Positions 9,469 through 19,016 are shown, numbered from the stretch's first letter. The stretch: 64,000 nucleotides of DNA from an uncultured delta proteobacterium (GCA_963727625.1 CAVSHR010000005.1:640001-704000), one strand, 5' to 3'. Numbers and translations are program-made. The notes: generated by a model from the letters alone, not told the origin.

Positions 9469-10542
9469 ATGGCGGAATTTGTAATCGACGCCGACGGCCA
9501 TATCATGGAAGACCACAAGGAGATCTTTGGCCGTATCAAGGGCAACTTCGGTGAAATGAACTGGCATTCGACCTGGCCGATGTTCGACGCGGACGGCTGG
9601 CAGCGCGGCCTGTCGCGCAAGGGCAAGCGCGAAGATCCCGACGCCGAAGCCTGGATTCGATTTCAGGATGAAAACGGCATTGACTGCGCCGTCCTCTATC
9701 CGACCTCCGCGCTGGCGATCGGAATGATTCAGCTGCCCGCCTGGGCATCAGCGCTGGCGCAAGGCTACAACGACTGGCTTTACGACCGCTTCACCAGCCA
9801 AACTCCGCGCTTGAAAGGCGTAGCCCTGCTCGCTCCGCAGGACCCCAAAGCTGCCGCCGCCGAGCTGCGCCGTTGTGTCAAAGAACTCGGCTTTTGCGCC
9901 GGTCTGCTACCGTCCGTAACCAACAACCGGCTGCCGCTCTATGGCTCGCCGGTGTTCCACGAGATTTACGACGAAGCCCAGCGACTCGACGTGCCGCTTA
10001 CCATCCACGGCGGCGTCAGCCAAAACTTGGGCCTCGATCGTGTCGCAAGCTTTCTGGAAGCGCACATGCTCGAGCACCCGCTCGGTCTATTTTTGCAAAT
10101 TACCAATATGATGTTTCAGGGCGTGTTTCAGGAGTTTCCCAAGCTGCGCGTGGCCTACCTCGAAGCCGGCGCCGGCTGGGTGCCGTTCATGATGGACCGG
10201 ATGGAGGAAGACTACGAAAAATTCGCCGCCCGCCTGGCGCCGCACTTGAAGAATCCGCCCAGCCATTTTTTCACGAGCGGCAATATCTTCGTCACCATGG
10301 AAGTCGAAGAACGCACCGCCCCTTACATCGCCGACCTGTTCCGCGACGACGTCATCATGTGGGCCTCCGACTTTCCCCACGAGCGCGAGCGGGATCAGTT
10401 CGGCGGCGACCTCCCCCACTTAAAAGCACGTAAGGATCTATCCGACGACTTCAAGCGCAAAATGCTTTACGACAACCCGGTGCGGTTCTACCGCTTCAGC
10501 GAAGGCGATATCGCGGCGGTAAAGAAGACAAAAGGCAGTTAA
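9469..10542 (+). CDS. Amidohydrolase family protein (Amidohydro_2)
   Basis: IDADGH, YLEAGAGW, MWASDFPH; GGAGGAG RBS. Confidence 0.93.
   Translation: MAEFVIDADGHIMEDHKEIFGRIKGNFGEMNWHSTWPMFDADGWQRGLSRKGKREDPDAEAWIRFQDENGIDCAVLYPTSALAIGMIQLPAWASALAQGYNDWLYDRFTSQTPRLKGVALLAPQDPKAAAAELRRCVKELGFCAGLLPSVTNNRLPLYGSPVFHEIYDEAQRLDVPLTIHGGVSQNLGLDRVASFLEAHMLEHPLGLFLQITNMMFQGVFQEFPKLRVAYLEAGAGWVPFMMDRMEEDYEKFAARLAPHLKNPPSHFFTSGNIFVTMEVEERTAPYIADLFRDDVIMWASDFPHERERDQFGGDLPHLKARKDLSDDFKRKMLYDNPVRFYRFSEGDIAAVKKTKGS
10405..10542 (+). repeat. Amidohydrolase 3'-end repeat, copy 1 (resident gene end)
   Basis: Encodes GDLPHLKARKDLSDDFKRKMLYDNPVRFYRFSEGDIAAVKKTKGS*; recurs at 11495 and 12383. Confidence 0.9.
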
Positions 10543-10715
10543 CTGCGATATTTAACCGGCGGTCTCTGCCCGACGGCGCTGTGTTTTTCGCGACGCCGGT
10601 TTCTTTATCGAAAGGTTTTGGCAACCCCTAAGGCGCTTGCCGCGAGCCAGGGTGCGTCGTCGGCCACATTATAGATCCACGCGAAGGCTGAACCGGAATC
10701 GGCTCAAGCCACCGG

Positions 10716-11054
10716 CTAGATTCCGACAATCTCGTTCAATCCTTCAACGATCTGAGCTATTTCTTCCGGAGATGCCCTTCCAATGAGATTTCCAATTCTT
10801 TCAACCGCAAGCGTTCGAATTTGGCTAATCTTCACCCACGACTTTTTCGGAAGCCCCCTGGCATGAAGTTCAAGGGTTAGAGGAAAGCCTGCGCGTTGAG
10901 GTTGACTCGTGAGAGCAACAGCAATCACGGTTCCAGAACGTTCATTAAAGACGTCCTGACTTAGAATCAAAACCGGACGTTGCCCTGCTTGTTCTCGCCC
11001 TCGTACCGGGTTCAAGTCGGCCCAGCGAATTTCTCCCCTCAGTATTCGGGCCAC
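10716..11054 (-). CDS. mazF: Type II toxin, PemK/MazF family endoribonuclease
   Basis: [27 protein letters not shown]. Confidence 0.95.
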   Translation of the reverse strand: MARILRGEIRWADLNPVRGREQAGQRPVLILSQDVFNERSGTVIAVALTSQPQRAGFPLTLELHARGLPKKSWVKISQIRTLAVERIGNLIGRASPEEIAQIVEGLNEIVGI

Positions 11055-11281
11055 TCCGCTAAGTCCTCCGAAAGACCCTCTTCTGCAAGCGCCTTCTCAA
11101 ACGTGGAATCAAGTTTCGCGCACTCTTGGGCTAGGCGACTTTTCTCAAGCCGCGCGAGTTTCTCCGTAACAGCTTCCTCGATGGCCTGGCTACGGTTGGG
11201 AAAGACCTGTTTCTTAACCAGTTGATCGAGACGATCCAGGGTGGATTCATCTAAAGAAATTGCAACTTTGGATCTTGCCAT
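11039..11281 (-). CDS. Ribbon-helix-helix antitoxin (CopG/MazE-type)
   Basis: KVAISLDES...[11 protein letters not shown]; overlaps the toxin start. Confidence 0.9.
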   Translation of the reverse strand: MARSKVAISLDESTLDRLDQLVKKQVFPNRSQAIEEAVTEKLARLEKSRLAQECAKLDSTFEKALAEEGLSEDLAEWPEY

Positions 11282-11344
11282 GACTCACCTCAAGGTATGA
11301 CGATACTTCATACCATAATCTGGGTCAAGCCACTGTGTCTTTGA

Positions 11345-11475
11345 ACCTAACGATTAAGTGAGCTGCCATAAATGGCGACAAACGCCGGTCGCCTTGCGTT
11401 CGAAGACGGGTCTGACGATAAAGTTCAAATCATTCGCAATATCCGCTTAGCTACCTCTACTTGTCAACGTGAAGG
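11345..11475 (-). repeat. Non-coding repeat A (attI/promoter-like), homologous to 14090-14222
   Basis: Shared blocks ATTAAGTGAGC, GACAxAxGCxGGTC, AAGTTCxAATCxTTCGCxATATCCxCT; minus strand contains TTGACA and ends in GTTAGGT (GTTRRRY) upstream of the antitoxin. Confidence 0.65.
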
Positions 11476-11494
11476 TTCGCGCCAAACGCCGCCG

Positions 11495-11635
11495 GTTCGG
11501 CAGCGACCTGTCCTGCCTTTACGCAAAGACTTGTCCGGTGACTTCAAAGGAAAATGGCTCTTCGACAACCCTGTGCGGTTTTACCGCTTCAGCGAAGGCG
11601 ATATTACGGCGGCGAAGGGGGCAAAAGGCAGCTGA
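11495..11635 (+). repeat. Amidohydrolase 3'-end repeat, copy 2 (degenerate gene fragment)
   Basis: Encodes ...RKDLSGDFKGKWLFDNPVRFYRFSEGDITAAKGAKGS*. Confidence 0.9.
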
Positions 11636-11655
11636 AGGCCCTTCGCCACGACGGC

Positions 11656-12027
11656 TTACGACCAGAATCGGCGCAGGTCGAACGATAATTGACGATGGCG
11701 TTTGATGGCTATGAAATAAATTCGAGTTCGCCTGACCAAATAGAGCACAACATAATCGTCGACCACGAATTCACGCAGGTTGTCGCCGGCCCGAAGCCTT
11801 TCGCGAAGACGTTCAATCAGCTTCTCCGCGTCAGCCGAACCGGCATGGTGCCCCAAGAACGAACGGCCAGACAAAGGGAATCGGGATAATTGCGGACAGA
11901 TATCGTCGAATAAACGATCGAGCAAACGTTGAAACGCTATACGCCCCTCGACGGATAGAAACTCTTGAATTTCGTCTAAGTTGGCGGTGAAGTTCTGAGT
12001 GAAAAAGAGCTGCGACTTACCGGCCAT
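11656..12027 (-). CDS. Type II toxin, RelE/ParE family
   Basis: FTQNFTANLDEIQEFL, LSRFPLSGR, YVVLY...IYFIAIKRHRQ; downstream of a Phd antitoxin. Confidence 0.85.
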   Translation of the reverse strand: MAGKSQLFFTQNFTANLDEIQEFLSVEGRIAFQRLLDRLFDDICPQLSRFPLSGRSFLGHHAGSADAEKLIERLRERLRAGDNLREFVVDDYVVLYLVRRTRIYFIAIKRHRQLSFDLRRFWS

Positions 12028-12298
12028 ACCGGGCTTTCAGTTTCGCGGCGCTGACAACCTTTCCGGCCTCCACATCATCCAATCCTCGAACGGCCTCCTC
12101 AAGTAGCCTAATGTGGATATGTTCGCGCTCCAATCGATGGTAGTAGTCCAACCGTTCCGCATCGATCAAGGCCGCGCAACTCTCGCCATTTTTTGTGAGA
12201 ATTTTTTCCCCGTGATCTCGCTGGACCTCAGCGCAGAGCTCGGTCAACTTTGACCGCGCCCGCGTGAGCGAGATGATGTCCTTCGATGAAATTGGCAT
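12017..12298 (-). CDS. Antitoxin, Phd/YefM family
   Basis: IISLTRARSKLTEL, ILTKNGESCAALI; AAGGAG RBS. Confidence 0.9.
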   Translation of the reverse strand: MPISSKDIISLTRARSKLTELCAEVQRDHGEKILTKNGESCAALIDAERLDYYHRLEREHIHIRLLEEAVRGLDDVEAGKVVSAAKLKARYGR

Positions 12299-12382
12299 CG
12301 GGCTGTCTCCTTTTAGAAAAGCTTAAATAACGTACAGAATTCTGTCAACTACCAACTCTGGTGCACCTCGCAATGAAGCGGT

Positions 12383-12537
12383 GGCGACCTCCCCCACCTC
12401 TACGCCCGCAAGGACCTATCCAACGATTTCAAACGGAAAATGCTCTACGACAACCCGGTGCGCTTCTACCGTTTCAGCGAAGGCGATATCGCGGCGGTGA
12501 GGCAGGCAAAAGGCAGCTAACTTCGACATTTGATCCG
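12383..12537 (+). repeat. Amidohydrolase 3'-end repeat, copy 3 (in-frame, includes about 17 nt of the 3' UTR)
   Basis: Encodes GDLPHLYARKDLSNDFKRKMLYDNPVRFYRFSEGDIAAVRQAKGS*; post-stop CTTCGACATTTGATCC resembles CTGCGATATTTAACC of copy 1. Confidence 0.92.
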
Positions 12538-12633
12538 TTAGTCTTTGACTGACGTTGCCGCGCTTTTCACGGCGCCGTTTTCTTTTCCAAAAAAATCTAG
12601 CAACCACTTAGCGCCACCGAACGGGACAGTATT

Positions 12634-13090
12634 TCACCGACCTTGATCGCATCTACGAACGCGTATGGCTAGTACTACACCCAAGGCGCCTGCGATCGAC
12701 ACCGCCGCAAGGAGAAGCAAAGCGATATCGATGCGACACCCATTACATCGTCCGCCTCGAGGTGCCAAGAGCCGCTGGCTCGCGAGAACACAAAGATAAG
12801 CATCAACGGTAACCCAAGGAGCGCAACACTCAACAGTATGTGGTAGCCGAACGCAAGTATCGGAGACGTAACAGACCTCGACACTCTTCTCCACTGCGCA
12901 AAGACGCTCACCGGCAGAGTGGAAACACACAGCAAACAGGCAAGAAATATGGGCAGCCGCGTGTGACGGTTGTAGAGGAAGAAGTTTGAGCTATACGCAA
13001 AGTGAAGGCCCAAAACCAGACGCCCACCCAGATTATACCGGCGACTGCCAACAGCGTTTTCTTCATTAGTCTTTGTAGAGAACTATCCAT
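12634..13090 (-). pseudogene. Multi-pass membrane hypothetical protein, frameshifted
   Basis: Hydrophobic segments in three overlapping ORFs (12908-13090, 12675-13013, 12634-12930) join into one protein of about 4 TMs. Confidence 0.5.
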
Positions 13091-13157
13091 CTATTACAAC
13101 ATCAAGAAAAGTAGTAGCCGTCACTGCAGCGTCCACTGCAATACGTCGTTAGAAACC

Positions 13158-14060
13158 CTATCTGCGATACTCTTCAAAGAAGCTGTCGTCTAGGTCGTAA
13201 GTTGTGATCGGCCGCAAGCCGAGTTCGAGCGATGCGAATAGATCAACTAGTTTCTCGCCATCTACGAGCTCGATCGGGGGAGCGCCATCCCGTGTTGCTT
13301 CGCGACGCGCTTCTGCAGAAAACGAGCCGGTTGTAACGATGAGACCCTTATCGGCGCGTCCTTGCATCGCGCCACGAAAATCTCGCACATGGCTTGGTGA
13401 GACCGATCCCACAAATCGCTTACACTGAAAGAGGACACGAAAGCTGACGAATGCGTTAAGGGCCAAAACTCCATGGCCATCAATTCCACCGTCACCACTT
13501 TTGCCGGTCACTATGACCTGCTCAAATCCGGCTTCTCGCAGTAGACGCTGACATATCCGTTCGAATCCACCTGGCGGAAGTCCTTTTAGAATTTCAAGTA
13601 ATTTTGAACGATAGTCGCCTTTATCGGAATCCGGTGCCAGCTGCTCAGCATCGCTTTCACTAGGCTTGGCAGCAACTGGAGCTTTAGATTGCGCGCTTGA
13701 TTGCGAAGTGAGAACAGTGCGAGCACTCACATCCCGCGACCCTTGTTGCACACGCTCTACAAGCTCTGAAATTGCACCCGTGCTAAGTTGTCCACACCTT
13801 GCGCCGGCATCCGTCAGCTTCCACACCCCGTGACGCGACCGATCGATGAGTCCTCCCTCTGCGAGATAGAAGCGTGCCCAGTGTACTTGGTTTGGGAAAC
13901 GTTGCCCACCCGCAGGGTTGATTTGATCTAGGATATCGTCTCCGACGTTCTCGTTCCTTGCGACTCGCTCAACGACTTCGCGAGGTCGCGCGGATCCGCC
14001 AAGTTCAGTCAGAGCACGAAGAACTGGATTGATCCGTTTCGAGAATTCTGGGCCAGTCAT
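13158..14060 (-). CDS. mrr: Mrr restriction endonuclease (type IV)
   Basis: Mrr_N wHTH (FPNQVHWARFYL...GVWKLT); FE...GDGGIDG...QCKRF catalytic motif; PIELVDG. Confidence 0.95.
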   Translation of the reverse strand: MTGPEFSKRINPVLRALTELGGSARPREVVERVARNENVGDDILDQINPAGGQRFPNQVHWARFYLAEGGLIDRSRHGVWKLTDAGARCGQLSTGAISELVERVQQGSRDVSARTVLTSQSSAQSKAPVAAKPSESDAEQLAPDSDKGDYRSKLLEILKGLPPGGFERICQRLLREAGFEQVIVTGKSGDGGIDGHGVLALNAFVSFRVLFQCKRFVGSVSPSHVRDFRGAMQGRADKGLIVTTGSFSAEARREATRDGAPPIELVDGEKLVDLFASLELGLRPITTYDLDDSFFEEYRR

Positions 14061-14089
14061 ATCGCGATAGTAAAATTCTTAAGCCGTTC

Positions 14090-14222
14090 TTATTATTAAG
14101 TGAGCCGTCGTTATCTGTGACACATGCGGGTCAGGCATCCTAGCGTCGGAGTCCAGTTAAGTTCTAATCGTTCGCGATATCCACTGGCCACCTTAAGCCG
14201 TAAACGCAACGATAGTTGGGCG
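14090..14222 (-). repeat. Non-coding repeat B (attI/promoter-like), upstream of mrr
   Basis: Homologous to repeat A; begins GCCCAAC (RYYYAAC) on the minus strand. Confidence 0.65.
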
Positions 14223-14274
14223 GTGTCGGTTTTGCTAGCGCTCGGTGCCTTATTTCACCAAAGTATAAACGAGC

Positions 14275-15270
14275 TTACCGCCCCATAAGTTTTTTCAGAA
14301 AACCTTCTTCTTCCAGCTTTTTCAAATAGCGGTCGTTAATAAACTTTTTCGCGTCGGCTTTGGCTGCCTTCGGATCGGTTTCCGCTAGGGTATCGACCAC
14401 CGCCTGCATCGCCACTAAAGAAGGATAGGGAATGTCGGGGATGCGCGCCTTATTGTACTCATAAGCCTCTTTAAGCAGCTCCATGTCGTTCACTTTGCTG
14501 AACTGGGAGAGCGCCTTTAAGGTGTATTCCGGCTCGGTTTTGAAAATCTTGATCGCCTCAAGGTAGGCACGCAGAAAATTTAACATCCGCGGCTCATTTT
14601 TCTGCATCATTTGAGCACTGCCGCACATCCCCGTATTGAAGTACGTGATGTTGAGCGCGCCGGCGTCGGCAAGAATATTGAAATTGAATTTCTTCGCCTC
14701 GGCGCCGAAGGGAGCGTTGAAAATCGTCCCGTCGATGCCGCCCGACTTGAGCGCCACCAGCCGCTGGGTTTCATTGCCGATTTGGAGAATCGTTACGTCC
14801 TTGGGATCGATGCCGACTCTCTTGAGCAGGACTTTCGTGCTGAAGTCGGAGGAAGAACCAAAGCGGCTGATGCCCAATCGTTTGCCCTTCAGATCGGCGG
14901 GCTTTTTGATGTCCTGGCGCGTCACCATTTGATAGCCCATTTTGTCATCGGTCATCGCAATATAGACGATATCCGCGCCTTTCAGGTTGGCGATAACGCC
15001 CGGAGGGCCGGTCAACTGAGCCAAGTCGATGTCCCCGGAAACCAGCGCTTGAATCGCTACCGACCCGCCCGGAACATAAACCAGCACCGACGATAGACCG
15101 TACTTGGCATACAGTCCCCGCTTCTCGGCAATCCACGCAAGTAGCGCATGGGGATTCACCGAGCTGTAGGCGATCCGAATCGGCTCGGCAGCCCGTGCGG
15201 AAACCGCGCCAAAAGAAGAAAAAACCAAACTGACGATAAATAAAACGATACTGCCGACAAATCGTGCCAT
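14275..15270 (-). CDS. ABC transporter substrate-binding protein, NMT1/SsuA-like
   Basis: Signal peptide from MARFVG (ATG 15270); LKGKRLGISRFGS. Confidence 0.9.
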   Translation of the reverse strand: MARFVGSIVLFIVSLVFSSFGAVSARAAEPIRIAYSSVNPHALLAWIAEKRGLYAKYGLSSVLVYVPGGSVAIQALVSGDIDLAQLTGPPGVIANLKGADIVYIAMTDDKMGYQMVTRQDIKKPADLKGKRLGISRFGSSSDFSTKVLLKRVGIDPKDVTILQIGNETQRLVALKSGGIDGTIFNAPFGAEAKKFNFNILADAGALNITYFNTGMCGSAQMMQKNEPRMLNFLRAYLEAIKIFKTEPEYTLKALSQFSKVNDMELLKEAYEYNKARIPDIPYPSLVAMQAVVDTLAETDPKAAKADAKKFINDRYLKKLEEEGFLKKLMGR

Positions 15271-15293
15271 GAATTTACCCCCAAATGTTTTTC

Positions 15294-16337
15294 TCAAAGC
15301 GCAAACAACGCCTTGGCATTCTTGTAGAGAATCTTCTCTTTGGTCTCGTTCGACAGCTGCTTGTGGCCGCGCAGGTCGTGCAAGTTGTGCGGAAACTCGT
15401 TGTCCCAGTGCGGGATGTCCGAGGCATAGAGAAAGTGATCGGCGCCGACGTAGTCGACGGTAGCCGCGAGCTGTGACTCGCCCGGCTCGACGCTGAAATA
15501 CAGCTTCGACTCCCGCACGATCTCGCTGGGCTTTTTCTTGAGCAGCGGCATTTCGATCTCCGCGCGTTTCTCCCAATGCTCGTCCAGCCGGTCGAGATAG
15601 TACGGCAGCCAGGTCGCGCCGATTTCCAAGAAAGCCAGCTTCAACTTTGGAAAGCGAATCGGCAAACCCTGGCAGACGATGCTGGTGAATTGCAATAGAA
15701 TCCCGACGGGAAACGCGTACGAGTGAACTTCGGCGAAGGTGGCCAAACTCGATGTACCGAGCTCGCGCGAGGTGTTGCGTGTGCCATGAATGCCCAGGAC
15801 AATGCCGAGACGCTCGGCTTCCTCGTAGATTGGATCATAGAAGGAATCGCCGAGCGCCAGCGGCAATCCGGTCGGCAGGATCTCGAAGCCTTTCAAGCCC
15901 AACTGCGTCACTGCCCGGCGCATTTCCTCGGCGGCAGCTTTCGGCGAGCGCATCGGCAGGCAGCCGACGCACGAGAGCCGATCCGAGCGCGCGTTGTATT
16001 CCTTGGCGAAGTGGGTGTTGCTGGCGCGGCTGACGGCGATTTGATACGGCACCTCCTGATTCTTGGCGATGTTTCCCGAACCGGTCGGAAAGCAAATCGC
16101 TTTCTCGATATCGTATTCGTCCATGAGCTTGTGCCAGCGGTCGACTTGCTCGGCGGCGCCCAGCCCTTTCCACTCCCGTGCCATCTCGAAGGAGTTCATC
16201 ATGTCGTTGTCCCAGGGCTGATCGCCGGGCCAAAGCGGCGTCGGCCGTTTGATCCAGGGTTCTTCGAGATATTTGCGGATGTCGGCTTGCCGTTCGAGAA
16301 CGTGACCGTCGGTATCGATGACCGGAAAATTCTCCAT
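15294..16337 (-). CDS. Amidohydrolase family protein (Amidohydro_2)
   Basis: IDTDGH, FLEIGATW, YASDIPHWD. Confidence 0.93.
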   Translation of the reverse strand: MENFPVIDTDGHVLERQADIRKYLEEPWIKRPTPLWPGDQPWDNDMMNSFEMAREWKGLGAAEQVDRWHKLMDEYDIEKAICFPTGSGNIAKNQEVPYQIAVSRASNTHFAKEYNARSDRLSCVGCLPMRSPKAAAEEMRRAVTQLGLKGFEILPTGLPLALGDSFYDPIYEEAERLGIVLGIHGTRNTSRELGTSSLATFAEVHSYAFPVGILLQFTSIVCQGLPIRFPKLKLAFLEIGATWLPYYLDRLDEHWEKRAEIEMPLLKKKPSEIVRESKLYFSVEPGESQLAATVDYVGADHFLYASDIPHWDNEFPHNLHDLRGHKQLSNETKEKILYKNAKALFAL

Positions 16338-16520
16338 AAGACTGCCCTCCTGCGCAGGATCTGACTACTACCGACCTTGTAGACCCGACGCAAGACGGCT
16401 GTCAATGGGAGGCAAGATTGGAGAGATGGGTTGATGAATACTGGAGTGTTGGGTTTCGGAAAAGTTCGGAATTGACTTGAAAGCAGATTTAATTTTGACG
16501 CATTACTACAAAACTCTCCA

Positions 16521-17390
16521 TCACTCCATCACTCCACTTCCGCCCTTCACGTACGCCGCTAGCGCTTCGCGCCAGTCGCGCATCGGGGTCATCCCGAGCT
16601 TTTCAGATTCCAGGCAGCACAGCGGCGTGTAGCGCGGCCGGGCGGCGATGCGCTTCATGGCGCGCTCGTGGGTGATCTCGATCAGCGAGTCGGTTTCTTC
16701 GCGGGATAATCCCAGTAACCGGCCCGCTTCGAGGGCGAACTCGTAATAGGTGCAGACCCCGGCGTTGACGACGTGATAGGTCGCGTAGCGGCGCGTGCGG
16801 AGGATTTCAAGGCAGCGGTTGATCAAGTCTTCGACATAGGTCGTGCTCGACCAGATGTCGTCGATGGCGCGAACTTTCTTGCCGGCTTTAAGATCACAGT
16901 GCGCGTTGCAGAGAAAGCTCGCCTTGCCGCTGCCATAGACCCACGAGGTTCGCACGATGTAGCTTTGCGCGCACGCGTCGCGTACCGCCCTCTCGCCGGC
17001 GACTTTGGTTCTGCCGTAGACATTGACCGGCTGCGGCTCGTCCTCGATCGTGTATGGCGAGCGCCCGACCGGCTCCCCCGAGAAAGCGTATTGAGTGCTG
17101 AACTGAACGATCTCAGCGCCGATTGCGTGCGCCGCCTCGGCGAGATAGCGCGGCCCGTCCGCGTTGATCACCCGCGCCTTGGCCGGGTCCTGCTCCGATT
17201 CATCGACCTGCAGCACGGCGCAGTTAAAAATCATCTCCGGCTTGGACTCGCCGACGATTCGACGCACGGCATTGCGAAACGTGATGTCGAGCGCCGCGTG
17301 CGTGAGCGCCGTTACTTCATGCTCGCGCCCAAGCTTTCTCGTCAGATGACTGCCGACGAGTCCCGCCGCGCCCGTGATTAAAATTTTCAC
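16521..17390 (-). CDS. rfbD: dTDP-4-dehydrorhamnose reductase-like NAD(P)-dependent oxidoreductase
   Basis: GAAGLVG, PVNVYGRTK (YxxxK), IVRTSWVYG, ARPRY. Confidence 0.85.
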   Translation of the reverse strand: MKILITGAAGLVGSHLTRKLGREHEVTALTHAALDITFRNAVRRIVGESKPEMIFNCAVLQVDESEQDPAKARVINADGPRYLAEAAHAIGAEIVQFSTQYAFSGEPVGRSPYTIEDEPQPVNVYGRTKVAGERAVRDACAQSYIVRTSWVYGSGKASFLCNAHCDLKAGKKVRAIDDIWSSTTYVEDLINRCLEILRTRRYATYHVVNAGVCTYYEFALEAGRLLGLSREETDSLIEITHERAMKRIAARPRYTPLCCLESEKLGMTPMRDWREALAAYVKGGSGVME

Positions 17391-17535
17391 TGCCGCAGAG
17401 TCTAAAGCGAGACCATGGACCGATCAAGGAGGTTAGAGCAGGCTCTCCGCGCCACCAAGGCGTGCCGCCAGCACTCAGAGAATCGGAATGTCTCGCGGTA
17501 GAGTAAAGGACGCCAAGAAAGACGAGCTGAAAAAA

Positions 17536-18531
17536 TTAGCCCGGCAACGCAAAGTGCTTGAAGAATCTCCACATTTCCTGATTGGCATCGATGATATCGG
17601 TGGACGGTCCGAGGATGCGTTCCAGGAATTTCGCCTTGCCGCCGGGCCAGACATGCCCGGCACCGGTGAGCTTCCAGAGATCGACCTCGGCGCCGTCCCG
17701 GCAGTGCGAATAAACGTACCGAATGGCGCTGTGGCCGCGGCCGTCATGGTCGGCGCGGCGCTCAGCCACCGTCGGTTCCGCCGCACAACCGTTGTGTTTT
17801 ACCCAGCGCAAGATCATCTGATCGATATTGGGATGGAACACCCGGCTTTTGGTCAGTGGAAACGGCGGTCCGAGACCGCCGCTGTAATGCGCGCGCGGGT
17901 CGTCGACGCTGTGAATGTGCATGAGCGGCACGGCCCGAGCCGATTTAATTGAGGCGAGCACCAGCCCGCCGGCCACCGGCGCCACCGCGGCAATCAGGTT
18001 TCCGGCTTCTGCGGCGAGCCGATGCGCCATCATGCCGCCGTTCGACAATCCGGTTGCGTAAACCCGGCGCCGGTCAATCGGCACGATTTCAGCCAATTTG
18101 CCGATCAGTGCGCGGGCGAAGCCGACATCATCGACGTTGTTGATCGCCGCGAAGCCGCAGCAGGTGCCGGCGTTCCAGGTAAGCAGCCGCTTTGCGAACC
18201 GCCCGGTGCCGTTGGGATAGACCACCAGAAAAGTCTCGCGATCGGCGAGGCGATCCATCAGGGAATATTCCTGCTCGTTGGCACCATGCCCTCCGCCGCC
18301 ATGAAAATTGAGCACCACCGCCAGCTCGCGCTTGCCGGCTGCCTGCGGCGGCACGTGAACGATGGCGCTGCGTTCGCGCCCGCCATGATTCAAATCGATC
18401 GTATGATTTCCGGGAGAAAGACCGGCCGCAAGCGCGGCCCCAACGGCGCATCCCATCGGCGCCACCGAGATACGTAGGAACAAAATCGCAGCGACCGATA
18501 ATCGAAGTCGCCTTGCGCGCCGTCGGCTCAT
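17536..18531 (-). CDS. Secreted PHB depolymerase/LpqC-family esterase
   Basis: FHGGGG, VVYPNG, WNAGTCC, GLSNGG nucleophile motif, GHVWPGG; start uncertain. Confidence 0.88.
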   Translation of the reverse strand: MSRRRARRLRLSVAAILFLRISVAPMGCAVGAALAAGLSPGNHTIDLNHGGRERSAIVHVPPQAAGKRELAVVLNFHGGGGHGANEQEYSLMDRLADRETFLVVYPNGTGRFAKRLLTWNAGTCCGFAAINNVDDVGFARALIGKLAEIVPIDRRRVYATGLSNGGMMAHRLAAEAGNLIAAVAPVAGGLVLASIKSARAVPLMHIHSVDDPRAHYSGGLGPPFPLTKSRVFHPNIDQMILRWVKHNGCAAEPTVAERRADHDGRGHSAIRYVYSHCRDGAEVDLWKLTGAGHVWPGGKAKFLERILGPSTDIIDANQEMWRFFKHFALPG

Positions 18532-18653
18532 GAAATTCTTGGTGAACAACGAATGCGCAACGCCGAGAATGATCCGTTCATTAGCATTGGTCGAAATACA
18601 ATTTGGGGGGCGATTGCCCCCCAATTGATTAGACTATGTCGGGAATTGCGGAA

Positions 18654-19016
18654 CTAATACTCAGGCCGGCGTTTGAGCTCTTCGAGCTCGCGCCGCTGGC
18701 GCTCGATTTCCAGCTGATTTTGGTTAATCTGCTGATCTTGCCCAGCCGCCTGATTTTCGCGTCCCTGTAACTGGTCGCCGATCAAAGCGCCCGCGCCCAA
18801 ACCTAAAGCCCCGCCAATCAAAGCGCCCGCGCCCGGATGACGCACTGCCGAGCCGATAATACCGCCCGCTGCGGCGCCGCCGAGTGCGCCGATCCCGGCG
18901 CCCTTTTCGCGGGTCGTCAGCGCACCTCCCGCGCACCCGGCCACCAACGTGGCGGCTAGAGCCATACTCAGGACAATTCGCGAATGATTTTGCAAAGCGC
19001 CCCGGTTAGATTTCAT
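18654..19016 (-). CDS. Glycine-zipper lipoprotein
   Basis: AAGGAGG RBS; LVAGC lipobox; GAGIGALGGAAAGGIIG zipper plus coiled-coil tail; fused to the upstream gene in the ORF track only because of a frameshift. Confidence 0.85.
   Translation of the reverse strand: MKSNRGALQNHSRIVLSMALAATLVAGCAGGALTTREKGAGIGALGGAAAGGIIGSAVRHPGAGALIGGALGLGAGALIGDQLQGRENQAAGQDQQINQNQLEIERQRRELEELKRRPEY

Noticed and set aside
11372-11635. Independent 87-aa gene
   Set aside because: Chance ORF running from non-coding repeat A into the amidohydrolase 3'-end copy.
10405-12537. Diversity-generating retroelement TR/VR pair
   Set aside because: Differences between copies are mostly synonymous and not adenine-specific, and no reverse transcriptase is present.
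14275-15576. 433-aa SBP with a long N-terminal extension
   Set aside because: The extension overlaps the amidohydrolase gene; the signal peptide starts at ATG 15270.
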